Notes: generated from the letters alone by a model not told the origin. A stretch of DNA of 32,000 nucleotides from Pseudomonadales bacterium (GCA_965201045.1 OZ241746.1:4995408-5027407); one strand, 5' to 3'. Shown: positions 1 to 10,432, counted from the stretch's first letter. Numbers and translations: made by a program.

Positions 1-694
1 TTTGTGTGTGCACAGCTTTCTGAAAGGCAATATAAACAAAAGAAAAAATATAAAATTAAAGTTATTTTACGCATAAATTTGTTATCTCCATTTTGGAGTT
101 GATTAGAATTAAAATGTACTGCTATTTAATAATTATTTTTAAGTTGACGTGCACATTGTTTTAGTTAGCTCAAAAATACAATATCACTCTGATCAAAAGA
201 TATGCTAACCGGATATTGCTATGTCTGAGTTTTCATGTGCAGGGCTTATGCCTGAAAAAAATATTAATTCACCATGGTGTAAGAGCAGAAGAGTTTATTT
301 TTATCAGTGACATACCTAATGAAGCATACAGTGCATTACCAATGATTGACTGTATCTGGCTAACGGGACCATTTAGTTTGGCAATTTATTAGTTATCAGG
401 ATAGTCTTATATCTGCGTTTTTCAAATCATCGGATAAAATCAACCACTATACAAGCCAGACAATATTTATTAATAGACTATTTTATATAATTAATTACAC
501 TACATAAAATATACTTTTGCATAACACCAGTTATCAAAACATCATTTTATTCTGAGCATATAAACTGTAAGGATTGATACATTTTTTAGCTGAACCATCC
601 GCTCTGGTATTTCTCGTTTATCTATTTTACAGCTAAAAATAAACAATAGTATCATGGCACTTTTTAATTAAATCAAAGAATCAATTGTAAAAAA

Positions 695-3600
695 ATGAAT
701 CTAAATAATAAAAAGATATTATCTTTTCTATTCGTCTCTATTATTTATTTAATCATATTTCTTTTTTTTTCTGCATATACATCTTATGCCAAAATCAATA
801 CGTTTCTGTCTGATACAGAAAAACCTGTTTATCACCAAACTTCTGGATCAATGCAACAGAATCATCCGGGTGATCAGACTCATAAAATAAATTTATTATC
901 ATCTGATCATGGTAGAAAACAAAGATTACATGCAGAATCAGAAGATCAGTCCGATCCATGGTCTAATGCTTTTAATTTCTCTAAAGTATGGGGAACACAA
1001 ATAGATCCACGCACAGGCATGCTTGATTTTCATGTTAAAACAGGCAGTCTGCTTAGTAATTTTGGACATGGTCCAAATATTGACCTTGAAATACATTACA
1101 ATATGTATACGACAACTAATATGGATAGATTAGGTCATGGATGGAACTGGAATCTGACTCATTTCAACCCGGAAACCAACCAGCTGACAACTTCTTTTGG
1201 ACAAAGTTTTTATCTACAAAAAAAAGCAAATAATCAATGGATTCCTCAATACCATAAATTAACAGACATTCTGATTAAGGGTGATAAGTCCACTCATTTT
1301 ACGATTACTTATACAAACGGTCTTCGTGAAACATTAGACCATGAAGGTTACGAAACCCGGCTGGAACAACAGGATGGACATGGTGTTCAGTTTATTTATA
1401 TGTCAGGCAATCATCAGTTACAGCGTATTGTTGATGATCAGGGTAATAAAATAATTATTCAACGTCATGAGAACTATATCACTGTTACCAGCTCTGACAG
1501 CAGAGGAAAACCTGTGAATGTAAACCTTGATTATGCAGATGATAAGTTACAGGCTGTCATATTACCTTTAAAAAACCGCCTGAAAGGACCTGGCATTTAT
1601 ATAAGCTATGTAAATAGTCTGATTTCCAAAATTGTATATCCTACCGGTCTGCAGGAAATATTGACCTACAACTGTAACGATGCAATGAAGCTTCCTGCAC
1701 AGAATCGGTTATCCGCTAAGTCAATATGCGTTGTTTCTGGCAAAACAACAAATCCGGGTGCCGGACAACCAGCCATGAAGACAGACTATGCTTACTCCCA
1801 AACAAATGCTAACGGACACAATTATCTTGCTTTTAATTCTGGTATTCCTTATGTAAAGCAATTATCCAGAGATATCTTATTTGATGCCCCCTCTGATTAT
1901 ACCTATTATACGTTACAGGATAATGGTATCTATAAAGAAATTCGCAAATATAACAAGTATCATCTGTTAGTTAATGACAGAAAGATAAGCGATAAAAACC
2001 AGCATCTTTTATCAGAAGTAAAAAGTTTTTATTGCCGTAACGATAAAGATGATGGTTGTGCGTTTACCTCGTTTAAAAATCTTCCGGCTACTTATTCTCT
2101 GCCATTAAAGATAGTTACCCGCCTATGGGGAGAATCAGGCAGAACACCTGCTGTTACAATAAATACAATGGATTATGACAAACAGGGAAGAGTTACCCGT
2201 TATTCAGACAGTTATGGACGTACAACTAAAACTGTTTATTGTCCTGCTAACGGAGATCATGCTTGTCCACCAGTAGCTAAAGGCTGGCTGCCTAACGCCT
2301 TACCAGAAATTATAACCAATTATCCGGCAAAAAAACTATCTGCATTATCTCAACTTCACCCGATAACGACTTACTATTATTATCAAAAATTACCTAATCT
2401 CAATATAAAAGGTTATATACCCATAACCAGCATGCAGATTTTTAAGGTTAATAACCAACAACATACAATAAAACGCTATTATTATCAGAATCCTGCTGAT
2501 ACTTTTACTTACGGATTATTGCATCAGCTTGTGTTAACGGGCACAGCAACAGAGTCTGTTACAAAGAACTATTATTACACTAAAAGTGGTGACAACCACA
2601 AAAAAACAACTTACAGCACAATTGAACTGTCGCCTGGAAAATTTAACCCATCACCCCTGATAACTACCAGCTTATTCACCAACCAGGTACTTGAAAAAAG
2701 TAGTTTTGACCAAAAAAATAAAACTGTTTATTACTATGACAACTGGAGTAGGCTGATACAAACTGATATGGCTGTGGGTACGCATTTTTCTACATATACA
2801 AGCTACCAATATATTGTATCCAGTCAGTTAAATCAGCTACTGATTACTTCTGCTAATGGTCTGCAGGAAAAAATTATTTTTGATGGTACAGGGCGTAATA
2901 TTAGCGGTTTTAAAGAAGCCCTTACTGCATCAGGCAGAGCGGATATGAATCATTGGTTGCCTAAATATAAGATCAGTTATAACCATTACGGACAGCTGGT
3001 AAAAAAAAATATCTACTGGTTTGATCTGTCTGATAAAATGCATACACAAACGACAACAATAGATTATGACTATGCCGGAAGAGTACGGCATACTTATATG
3101 AGTAATGGTCAGGTTGCTATTGCCACTTATGATGACCCTGACCATTGCCAGGTAAGCTATAAAAAGAGTAGTCAGGGACAATATTCTGTAATTTCTGTCC
3201 TTCGTACCAATGATCTTGATCAACCTGTAGAGAAAGTAATCTTACCTGAACAAAAACAACTACTGACTTCTGAAAGAAAACTCTGTCTTACAGCAAACCA
3301 GCGACCAGGCGCAAAAATTTTTACTACCATTTATGATGGTTTTGGCAGAGTTATTGCAGCGACTGACCCTTCAGGCAGAACAGTACATAAAGTTTATGAT
3401 GAATGGGGAAGAGTAACAGATATTATCAGTCCGTCAGGTGACAGAGTTCATCTGCTCTATAATCTGACTGGACAGGTGACTGAAAAGCAGGTATTCCCTG
3501 CAACCGGAGGAAAGTACGTACTCTCTTCATCAGCATATAATGCAGGCGGACAGCAGCTGTGGTCTGCAGGAGAAGATGGTAAGCGGACAACTTACACTTA

Positions 3601-6154
3601 CCGGCAGGATGGAAAAATATCTTCAGTCCTTTTACCTTCAGGACATAAACTGGTATGGAAATATAATATACTAGGCTTACCTACTGTTAAAATATTAGAC
3701 GGTAAAGTTATTGTAAAAACAGATTATGATTTTGTCACGGCTTTACCGGTAAGAAAAGAAGATAATACCGGCATTACCACCTGGCAATATAGTGATGATG
3801 GTCTGTTACAACAGTTAATTCATATTGGAAAAAATAAACATCCTGACTATAAACTACAATGGAAGTTTGATCAAAATAGACGCCTCATCAGTACTTCTGA
3901 TATCTCTGGAAATAAAACAACAACACATTATGATGTACTCGGATATCTGAAGGCATTGTATTACCTACCTGCAAATAGTCACAACATAGCTGATCTGTTG
4001 TACAAACCCGTTTATGATGGATTCTTCCGTATCTCAGGAGCTTATTATGGTAGTGGGATGCAGCGGCATATTAAGTATGATAACTATGGTCATTTGCAAA
4101 CGGTTAGCGATACCTTAAACCAACAATTACTGTCTCAATGGAGTTATACTTATGATGTGAACGATAACATTACCACTATTCACCAAACAGTCGGAAAAAG
4201 TGACAAAGGTCGTTTAAATTACCGATATGACGTTCGTAATAATCTGGTTTCTATGACCTGTTCCGGTTCTATCGGTTTACCTTTATGTCCGCGAGACACT
4301 GCTTTTTCAGGATCAAACCTGCATGACGCACCAGTCATTACCCGGCAAAATTATACTTTCACACCATTGAATCGTATTGCACAGGCAGAAGAAATATTAC
4401 AAGACGATAAACAACGAAAGACTTTAATAAAATCAACTCATTATTCTTATGATACTAAAATACCTTTACGTTTACAAAGTATCAATGTTGAATGGAATCA
4501 TACTATTTTTAATCATACCCATTTTGTCTATGATCAGTCAGGAAACATGTTGAGAGACGGAGAAGATAATCAAATAACTTATAATGCCTTTAATCAGGTC
4601 ATCCAGGTAATAACACCATCAGGTGAACATAGCTATTATCGCTATGACGGAAATGGTAAAAAAATAATGGAACAAAACAGACTGGGATTGCGCTATTTCT
4701 TTTATAGCGGTGAGAGTTTAATCAATGAAAGGATAACCGGTATTGAAAAAACAACACATCTCATCGGTTATCAGCGTATTGCCAGAACCGTTGATGGCGT
4801 TATTCAGCAGTACTATGAAAGCAATTATAAAGGAGATATTAGCGGCATCTTAACTAAGGACCGGAACAGTAATAATCAATACCATTTAAGTTACCGCAAT
4901 ATTTATAGTCCTTATGGTATGTCCTGGCATCAGGCATCTGCATCATCGTTACCATTTTATCTGCAATCGGTTCATGGATTTGATGGAGAGCGTACTGATC
5001 CTGCTACCGGATGGCAATTTTTAGGTAACGGGCACAGAACGTATAACCCCCGGATGCGCTATTTTGTCAGTGAAGATCCCGTAGGAGATGGTTACGCATT
5101 TGGCAGCAACAATCCGATAATGAATACGGATCCTGATGGTAATACACCAAAGTGGCTCAGAACTGTTGGGCAGATAATGGGCTATGCAGGCACCCTGGGA
5201 TTTAGTGCCATTCCCAAAAAATGGGCACGCATTACCGGTACAGTGCTTGCAGCAGGGCTTTGTGCTGTTGGTGCAGGATTACTGGCTTCTTCTTACGGTA
5301 CCAGTGCAGTTATAGAGACTGTAACTGTCAATGCAGTTGTTGGAGGTTTCTCTGTTGCTTCAACTATTGCTACCAACAAAGGATTAAATATTGCTGCTGA
5401 AATTGCAGGTGGCATTATGGTTGCAGGCATTGTTACTTCAGGATTATTAAAGCTTGGTTTTTCAGCCTTTTCTGCAATTAATACAAATTTTTTTGCCGGT
5501 GCCGCAGAAGAGTTTGCTAATCCAGTTGAAAATTCAGATGAATTGATTATCAGAAGAATATATCCTAATCCACACATAACTGATAATTACACACAGATGG
5601 TAGAGCAGTTTATTATCAGGAACTCAGCAGATTTAGATGTTGAATTAACAGATGTTCGTGGAACATCTACTTTTAGTTTTTTGGACGCACTAAAAAAATT
5701 CAGTCACTTTTTTGGACCAATATCTTCAATCGAACATCAGATAACATATTTAGCGCTTGACTTAGAGAATGAAAAGGATTTACAAATGTTAGTGAATGAC
5801 TATATACAGATAGATCGTTATAGCGTAGTTTATTTTAATTATCAAGATATAGAGATTGAAAGATTTTTGATCGTTACACTGGAGGAATATCATGAAGAAA
5901 ATCTTTATGTGCCACTTGAAGAATATGCTGCCCGTTTCACAACAGACTTTGCAAGTCGCACTGTTTTTGTCAATAACAGAGATAAACTACTGGAAAACAA
6001 CTTTAAGAATAATTTACAGCGCTTTTATAAAAATTATTTTATTTTTATATCAAGAATAAAATACTACGGACCTGTTTTTGATGGAACAAAATATCCTGAA
6101 AAAATATTTCATCCTATGTTCGTTGAGGCTGTAGAACAGATGTCTTCACAGTAA
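695..6154 (+). CDS. RHS/YD-repeat cocoon protein, diverged paralog (rhs-1): signal peptide, SpvB/TcB-N-like signature, YD repeats, RHS core, C-terminal hydrophobic module and unique tail
   Basis: Uninterrupted 1819-codon ORF. N-terminus MNLNNKKILSFLFVSIIYLIIFLFFSAYTSYA looks like a Sec signal peptide. SpvB/TcB-like signature WGTQIDPRTG...GHGPNIDLEIHYN...LGHGWNWNLTHF at about nt 955-1170. Many YD repeats, e.g. TIYDGFGRVIAATDPSGRTVHKVYDEWGRVTDIISPSGDRV at about nt 3330-3460. RHS core end HRTYNPRMRYFVSEDPVGDGYAFGSNNPIMNTDPDGN ends at nt 5143. By eye about half of residues are identical to the array copies, and collinear with them. Confidence 0.92.
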   Translation: MNLNNKKILSFLFVSIIYLIIFLFFSAYTSYAKINTFLSDTEKPVYHQTSGSMQQNHPGDQTHKINLLSSDHGRKQRLHAESEDQSDPWSNAFNFSKVWGTQIDPRTGMLDFHVKTGSLLSNFGHGPNIDLEIHYNMYTTTNMDRLGHGWNWNLTHFNPETNQLTTSFGQSFYLQKKANNQWIPQYHKLTDILIKGDKSTHFTITYTNGLRETLDHEGYETRLEQQDGHGVQFIYMSGNHQLQRIVDDQGNKIIIQRHENYITVTSSDSRGKPVNVNLDYADDKLQAVILPLKNRLKGPGIYISYVNSLISKIVYPTGLQEILTYNCNDAMKLPAQNRLSAKSICVVSGKTTNPGAGQPAMKTDYAYSQTNANGHNYLAFNSGIPYVKQLSRDILFDAPSDYTYYTLQDNGIYKEIRKYNKYHLLVNDRKISDKNQHLLSEVKSFYCRNDKDDGCAFTSFKNLPATYSLPLKIVTRLWGESGRTPAVTINTMDYDKQGRVTRYSDSYGRTTKTVYCPANGDHACPPVAKGWLPNALPEIITNYPAKKLSALSQLHPITTYYYYQKLPNLNIKGYIPITSMQIFKVNNQQHTIKRYYYQNPADTFTYGLLHQLVLTGTATESVTKNYYYTKSGDNHKKTTYSTIELSPGKFNPSPLITTSLFTNQVLEKSSFDQKNKTVYYYDNWSRLIQTDMAVGTHFSTYTSYQYIVSSQLNQLLITSANGLQEKIIFDGTGRNISGFKEALTASGRADMNHWLPKYKISYNHYGQLVKKNIYWFDLSDKMHTQTTTIDYDYAGRVRHTYMSNGQVAIATYDDPDHCQVSYKKSSQGQYSVISVLRTNDLDQPVEKVILPEQKQLLTSERKLCLTANQRPGAKIFTTIYDGFGRVIAATDPSGRTVHKVYDEWGRVTDIISPSGDRVHLLYNLTGQVTEKQVFPATGGKYVLSSSAYNAGGQQLWSAGEDGKRTTYTYRQDGKISSVLLPSGHKLVWKYNILGLPTVKILDGKVIVKTDYDFVTALPVRKEDNTGITTWQYSDDGLLQQLIHIGKNKHPDYKLQWKFDQNRRLISTSDISGNKTTTHYDVLGYLKALYYLPANSHNIADLLYKPVYDGFFRISGAYYGSGMQRHIKYDNYGHLQTVSDTLNQQLLSQWSYTYDVNDNITTIHQTVGKSDKGRLNYRYDVRNNLVSMTCSGSIGLPLCPRDTAFSGSNLHDAPVITRQNYTFTPLNRIAQAEEILQDDKQRKTLIKSTHYSYDTKIPLRLQSINVEWNHTIFNHTHFVYDQSGNMLRDGEDNQITYNAFNQVIQVITPSGEHSYYRYDGNGKKIMEQNRLGLRYFFYSGESLINERITGIEKTTHLIGYQRIARTVDGVIQQYYESNYKGDISGILTKDRNSNNQYHLSYRNIYSPYGMSWHQASASSLPFYLQSVHGFDGERTDPATGWQFLGNGHRTYNPRMRYFVSEDPVGDGYAFGSNNPIMNTDPDGNTPKWLRTVGQIMGYAGTLGFSAIPKKWARITGTVLAAGLCAVGAGLLASSYGTSAVIETVTVNAVVGGFSVASTIATNKGLNIAAEIAGGIMVAGIVTSGLLKLGFSAFSAINTNFFAGAAEEFANPVENSDELIIRRIYPNPHITDNYTQMVEQFIIRNSADLDVELTDVRGTSTFSFLDALKKFSHFFGPISSIEHQITYLALDLENEKDLQMLVNDYIQIDRYSVVYFNYQDIEIERFLIVTLEEYHEENLYVPLEEYAARFTTDFASRTVFVNNRDKLLENNFKNNLQRFYKNYFIFISRIKYYGPVFDGTKYPEKIFHPMFVEAVEQMSSQ

Positions 6155-6410
6155 ATTATATTTTAGAAATTGAGTTAAGTAATATACACAACAATGAAAT
6201 CCCTTAAAATCTATCGGTCAGAACTATAGATCAAAATACCCGACAGTCTCACCAACTCACATAAGATAACGCTCCATCATTCAAACTATACTCTTATACA
6301 TACATGGTTGGATGTGAAAAAGTTCAGCCATTTTTTTCTGCACTCCTGCTTGCGCAGGAATGCCAGATATAAACCCTCTCTCTACACAGGAGAGCGTCGC
6401 AGCAAACCGG

Positions 6411-9400
6411 TTAACTAACCCAGTGAGGGGCTAATTCATTGGTAATCCGTGCCCTCATACTCCTACTTTTAGGATAGACAACTTTGGCAAGCTCATTAAT
6501 TGTTACATCAGACCGGTTCATTGCATTAACCAGTTCATGAGCCATTCTCCTTGCATCAGCCACCTGCTTAGCATCAATTTCTTTACTGATGGATATTAAT
6601 TCAGAATTAGTATCTTCATCGGATTGTGGCTTTTTGAGTTTGGCTATTCTGTTGGCAACGACAACATGCATCGATAAAACGGTAGCAAGTGGTTCATTGT
6701 ACTTTTTGTGTTTTTTATCGCTTATTAACCGACCTGATTTTTTAAGAATATCTCTTACATCATTATTCACTGCCTCATGAGTAACTGTTGTTGAATCTGA
6801 GCGACCTGCGCGATTTGGATGCGCTGCCAACTCTTCCTGTCTGAAAGCCTGCACCAACTGTTTTTTACAATCAGAAGCATGCAGAAAATGCGGTGGCGTT
6901 TTTTCAGTAAATTTTTCGCGTGCCGGTTCTGTAGCACTAACAGGTGGTGTGTTTGTTAACAATTCATAGACACCTTCAGCGGTAGGGAAGTTACCTGAAT
7001 TTACATAATCTGCTATTTCCCTTGCTTTTGCTTTAGCTATTTCCTGTTGATGTGATGCAATTCGTAATTTAGAAACTGTGTTGTATGCCTCAAGCTTAGA
7101 TCGTAATGTTGTGGGATCATTAGATACCTCTGATGATATCGGACCGGGAACGACTATCCCAGAATGTGCCATAATCGCCTGAGTTATCAAATCGCAGGTT
7201 TCTCCGGTCAGAACACTGGTTTCACTTAATATCCTATCTACTGTTGTTTTAGTTGTGCTGTAACGTTCTTCCTGCTGGCTCTCTATTGCAATCAATTCCT
7301 GTTTTTGTGCTTCAAGCTCATCTATTTTTGCCTCCTTTTTCTGCAGATCACGGGAGGCATTTTCCAGTTCTTCCCATAAGCGTACCTGTTGTTCTTTTAA
7401 TTCAGCAAGTTCAGCCTCTTGTGCATCTTGATTATCAACTGCTGGCTGACTTAGTACCGCTTCCTTTGCTGCTATTTGTACATCAAGCGTATCTAAGGTC
7501 TGTTGCATTGTCTGCAGACCTTGTTCAATCCATTGCAGCCTGTCCTGCTCAGCATTCTGTTGCTTTGTTAATTGTATAAATTCATCGTTTGTTGGTACTG
7601 TCTGCCTGATTGCAGGAGGGATACTTTCATGTGTTGAATCATCAAATAACCCACTGCCAGGCACACTCCATGGTGCCATGTTATCGAGCATAGCTTCAAG
7701 CTTATTATCCAGATCTTCAGGTAATTTAGCGCTAGCCTGTTGCTTCACAAGGTTGATTAATGTCTGTTTTGCAACTTCATCTGCATCCTGATAATCCTGC
7801 GTACGCCCCTGTTGAAGTGCCAGCAAATTCGCCTCTTTAGCGGCTGTCTTTGCTTCTAAAACTTTAATCATTATTTTCTCAATACGTCTGATATGTTTTG
7901 GTCCAATTCTGCCCATCCGTCTACGTTTCTGCTTTTGCTGTGCTTGCTGCAAGACCTGATTGTATTCATCTGCTGTCAGTTCAGATAAAGATTCTCCGGT
8001 TAATTGTTTGACAGGCGGTTCCAGCAGATGATAATCAAATTCATCCCCTTCTGGTGCTCTGGCATCCATGAGACCTGCACCAACCAATAGTAATGAAGCC
8101 ATTGCATCTTTATACTTAGGTTCTTCTCTTTGTGTAAAGCCGATGTGAGTAGATAATACGACACCCACAAGATCATGCATTTGTTGCAGTCCGGTAACAT
8201 CCTTTTTATATTTTTTAGAACAAATCCGTTTGAACAGTCTGGTAAAAACCGGCATTTGCAGATCTTGATAAAAGACACTTTTGCTATTCATTCGAATTGA
8301 GTCAATCATACGTTGTGCCCTGGCAGAAGCAGAAAGTCGTAATGTGTGCCAGGCAGAACGGACTTTACCTAAGGTTTTTTTAAGTGCATTAGCAAAAAAA
8401 TTAACTTTGTATTGCTTAAGCTTTTTCTTAATCAAACGAGGCTCAGCCGTTGGATCTGTGTTTGCATCATAACTAAACGCAGTGATCGGTTTTGAAAGAT
8501 CCGGCTCATATTCATAGACAGGGCGATTTACCGTGGTCGTCTCACCCGTATCCGGATCCATAATAACAACGGATCTCATAAGAATCTCACCGTTCTCATC
8601 AAGCTTTAGAATAAGCTGTCCATTTTCATCCATTTTACGAACAGGTTTTCCATGCTGATCCCGTTTAGGTTCATATGAGGTGATTTCCTCTTTTCTTGTT
8701 AACAAAGGTGCCGCATCAGAAAATCCCTGAGCATCCTGAAATAGTACATCTTCATTGCTGTCAACCTCGCTGCTGTTAATCTCACCTTTTGGAATGACTG
8801 TAAAAGGCATATTTGCAGCGGATGTAACCCATCGGTCAAGTTGCGGCGAACTGGTGAGCAGCTCCATATCTTTATCCAGCTGTTCATCAATGGCTGCCAG
8901 TTTTTCTTTGGTTTCCTGTGCTTTTAATCTGATTCTACTGTTCAGGACGAATATTTCATTCTCCAGCGTTTTCCTCTCTTCCTTTATACCTCTTTCGGAA
9001 GTTGTTTTGTCTGTTTTGAGTTCTCTGAGCTGCTGGCGTTTTTCTTTAATTAAAAGACGATTCTGACTATTCAGGTGTTGTTGTTCGCTTGAAATTTGTT
9101 TTTTTTGCGTTGTTGCTTTGTTTTTAACTGCCTGGATCTGTTCAGTTAATTTTTCCTGCTCCTGTTGTTTCCATTCTCGCATGTCCTGGCGAACACTTTT
9201 TTTATTTAAGTAGGCTTGCTGTTGTGTTATTTTTTTAAGCTCACGTTGTGTTTTTAACGCATCAGCAGCAATATCTGCTCTTATCGCTTCAATCTTCTTA
9301 TTATACTTAGTTGCATTACCGCGTTGAGTTGCTCTGAGTATTAATTGTTGAATTTTGCTTTCTTCGCTATCCTTGCGCTTATTATGCTTCTCTGTGAGTT

Positions 9401-10112
9401 CAGCAGCCATTGCCGCAAGTTCTTTTTCCTTTGTGTCCCGCCCCAATTCCCGCTGGCGATGCTTGACACTTGTTTTGTCTAACTGTATATGCTGCTGTGC
9501 TATTTTATCAAGTTTAACTTGTGTTTTTAATGCATAACTGTCGACTTCTGCTTCCAGCGTTGTAATCAGGTCTTTAAACTCACCTGGATTCTCGCTTTGC
9601 GTTTCCTTTAGCAGTAACTGTTGAATTTTTTCTTGTGTTATCGTCGCACGCTCATGCTGCTGCTCTATAAGTTCAGCAGCCATTGCATCAAGCTTTACCA
9701 GCTCTTCTTCTATCAGTTTTTCTTCTTTAACGACTGCTTTCTCATCATTCCATGCACTGCCCTGAAGCAAAATTGTCTTATTTGGCGTATGCCATGCCTC
9801 TTCAGAGAATGATTCGACTACCTTGTCATCCGGTGTATCAAAAGTAACCCATTCTGTTTTGGCAGCATCAGATCTTGTTTCAGCCGTTCTTTGTGATATT
9901 GTTTTGTCGGGATACTCTTTCTCTACATAACGTTCTGCTGCAAGAGAGGTAAACCCTGAATCGGCTTCGTCCTGCTCCGGAGGCGTTGTAACTTTTACAC
10001 TTTTTCCTGAAGCTGTTTTTGCAGTAATATCATCCGTTTCAGCTGGTTTGGTGTATTGTACGTCTGTATATTGGTGTGCGCCACGACGATTAACGTCTTG
10101 AGGTCCATCCAT
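6411..10112 (-). CDS. Large E/K/Q-rich coiled-coil protein, function unknown (candidate secreted effector or structural protein)
   Basis: Uninterrupted 1233-codon ORF on the minus strand. AAGGAGA lies 6 nt upstream of the ATG at 10112-10110. No signal peptide or hydrophobic segment is visible. Long heptad-like Glu/Lys/Gln stretches are present. Residues about 137-230 and 231-321 form an internal tandem duplication. All other ORFs in this interval are short and are antisense to it or in another reading frame of the same strand. Confidence 0.85.
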   Translation of the reverse strand: MDGPQDVNRRGAHQYTDVQYTKPAETDDITAKTASGKSVKVTTPPEQDEADSGFTSLAAERYVEKEYPDKTISQRTAETRSDAAKTEWVTFDTPDDKVVESFSEEAWHTPNKTILLQGSAWNDEKAVVKEEKLIEEELVKLDAMAAELIEQQHERATITQEKIQQLLLKETQSENPGEFKDLITTLEAEVDSYALKTQVKLDKIAQQHIQLDKTSVKHRQRELGRDTKEKELAAMAAELTEKHNKRKDSEESKIQQLILRATQRGNATKYNKKIEAIRADIAADALKTQRELKKITQQQAYLNKKSVRQDMREWKQQEQEKLTEQIQAVKNKATTQKKQISSEQQHLNSQNRLLIKEKRQQLRELKTDKTTSERGIKEERKTLENEIFVLNSRIRLKAQETKEKLAAIDEQLDKDMELLTSSPQLDRWVTSAANMPFTVIPKGEINSSEVDSNEDVLFQDAQGFSDAAPLLTRKEEITSYEPKRDQHGKPVRKMDENGQLILKLDENGEILMRSVVIMDPDTGETTTVNRPVYEYEPDLSKPITAFSYDANTDPTAEPRLIKKKLKQYKVNFFANALKKTLGKVRSAWHTLRLSASARAQRMIDSIRMNSKSVFYQDLQMPVFTRLFKRICSKKYKKDVTGLQQMHDLVGVVLSTHIGFTQREEPKYKDAMASLLLVGAGLMDARAPEGDEFDYHLLEPPVKQLTGESLSELTADEYNQVLQQAQQKQKRRRMGRIGPKHIRRIEKIMIKVLEAKTAAKEANLLALQQGRTQDYQDADEVAKQTLINLVKQQASAKLPEDLDNKLEAMLDNMAPWSVPGSGLFDDSTHESIPPAIRQTVPTNDEFIQLTKQQNAEQDRLQWIEQGLQTMQQTLDTLDVQIAAKEAVLSQPAVDNQDAQEAELAELKEQQVRLWEELENASRDLQKKEAKIDELEAQKQELIAIESQQEERYSTTKTTVDRILSETSVLTGETCDLITQAIMAHSGIVVPGPISSEVSNDPTTLRSKLEAYNTVSKLRIASHQQEIAKAKAREIADYVNSGNFPTAEGVYELLTNTPPVSATEPAREKFTEKTPPHFLHASDCKKQLVQAFRQEELAAHPNRAGRSDSTTVTHEAVNNDVRDILKKSGRLISDKKHKKYNEPLATVLSMHVVVANRIAKLKKPQSDEDTNSELISISKEIDAKQVADARRMAHELVNAMNRSDVTINELAKVVYPKSRSMRARITNELAPHWVS
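9150..9704 (-). repeat. Intragenic tandem duplication (two ~93-aa units) inside the coiled-coil gene
   Basis: Unit 1: ELVKLDAMAAELIEQQHERATITQEKIQQLLLKETQ...ALKTQVKLDKIAQQHIQLDKTSVKHRQRE. Unit 2: KELAAMAAELTEKHNKRKDSEESKIQQLILRATQ...ALKTQRELKKITQQQAYLNKKSVRQDMRE. The shared blocks are AAMAAEL, KIQQL(L/I)L, ALKTQ, K(I)xQQ and KxSV. Unit boundaries are approximate. Confidence 0.7.
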
Positions 10113-10432
10113 TTTTTATCTCCTTGAAATGCGCTCTTATTTTTTATATTTTACAACTTTAGTCTTATTTGATTTTAATACTCAATTCGGCAAATAGTGC
10201 TGTCTTTTATTAAAGAAATAAAGGATAAAAGATAATAGCCATCTTTTAACAGCATAATATTAATAATAATAAAATGCTGCATAAACCGGTCAAAATTTAA
10301 TTTTTCTTCACAATAAAGTACTTTCAGACTTAAGTCTTACCGACCAAAGTTTAATTTTCTAAAGCCTGCATGTCATATACACTTTGAGCATAACCACGAA
10401 GCAAATGGCATTTAAACAAAGGAGAAGTGACT

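Noticed and set aside
1-694. Possible remnant of the rhs spacer module upstream of rhs-1. Short matches include GCATAAATTTG at 71-81 versus 13201-13211, TCTCCATTT at about 86-94 versus spacers B and C, and TGTGTGCACAG at 5-15 versus CTGTGTACAG.
   Set aside because: The matches are short, in a different order and spacing, and lie in very AT-rich DNA. I cannot distinguish them from chance by eye, and a proper local alignment would be needed. No ORF of 60 or more codons and no RNA gene signature is present in this interval.
695-6154. Calling the RHS proteins T6SS effectors or Tc toxin TcC subunits.
   Set aside because: They have no PAAR or prePAAR N-terminus, and the window has no VgrG, Eag chaperone or immunity genes. 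There is also no TcA or separate TcB gene, and the Sec signal peptide is inconsistent with both models. Only the generic RHS/YD cocoon classification is supported.
6344-6359. Hairpin TCCTGC-TTGC-GCAGGA between the convergent rhs-1 and coiled-coil genes, considered as a bidirectional terminator.
   Set aside because: The T tract lies upstream of the stem on the + strand, which gives an A tract downstream on the - strand. This is the wrong geometry for an intrinsic terminator in either direction, and the stem is only 6 bp.
7253-7579. Short ORFs overlapping the 1,233-aa gene: opposite-strand ORFs at 6589-6780, 7253-7579, 8281-8472, 8755-9066, 9355-9537 and 9621-9812, and same-strand ORFs in another reading frame at 8000-8278 and 8699-8890.
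   Set aside because: All lie fully inside a single long ORF that has a strong SD. Their products are Leu/Ser/Cys-rich shadows of a Glu/Lys/Gln-rich coding frame.
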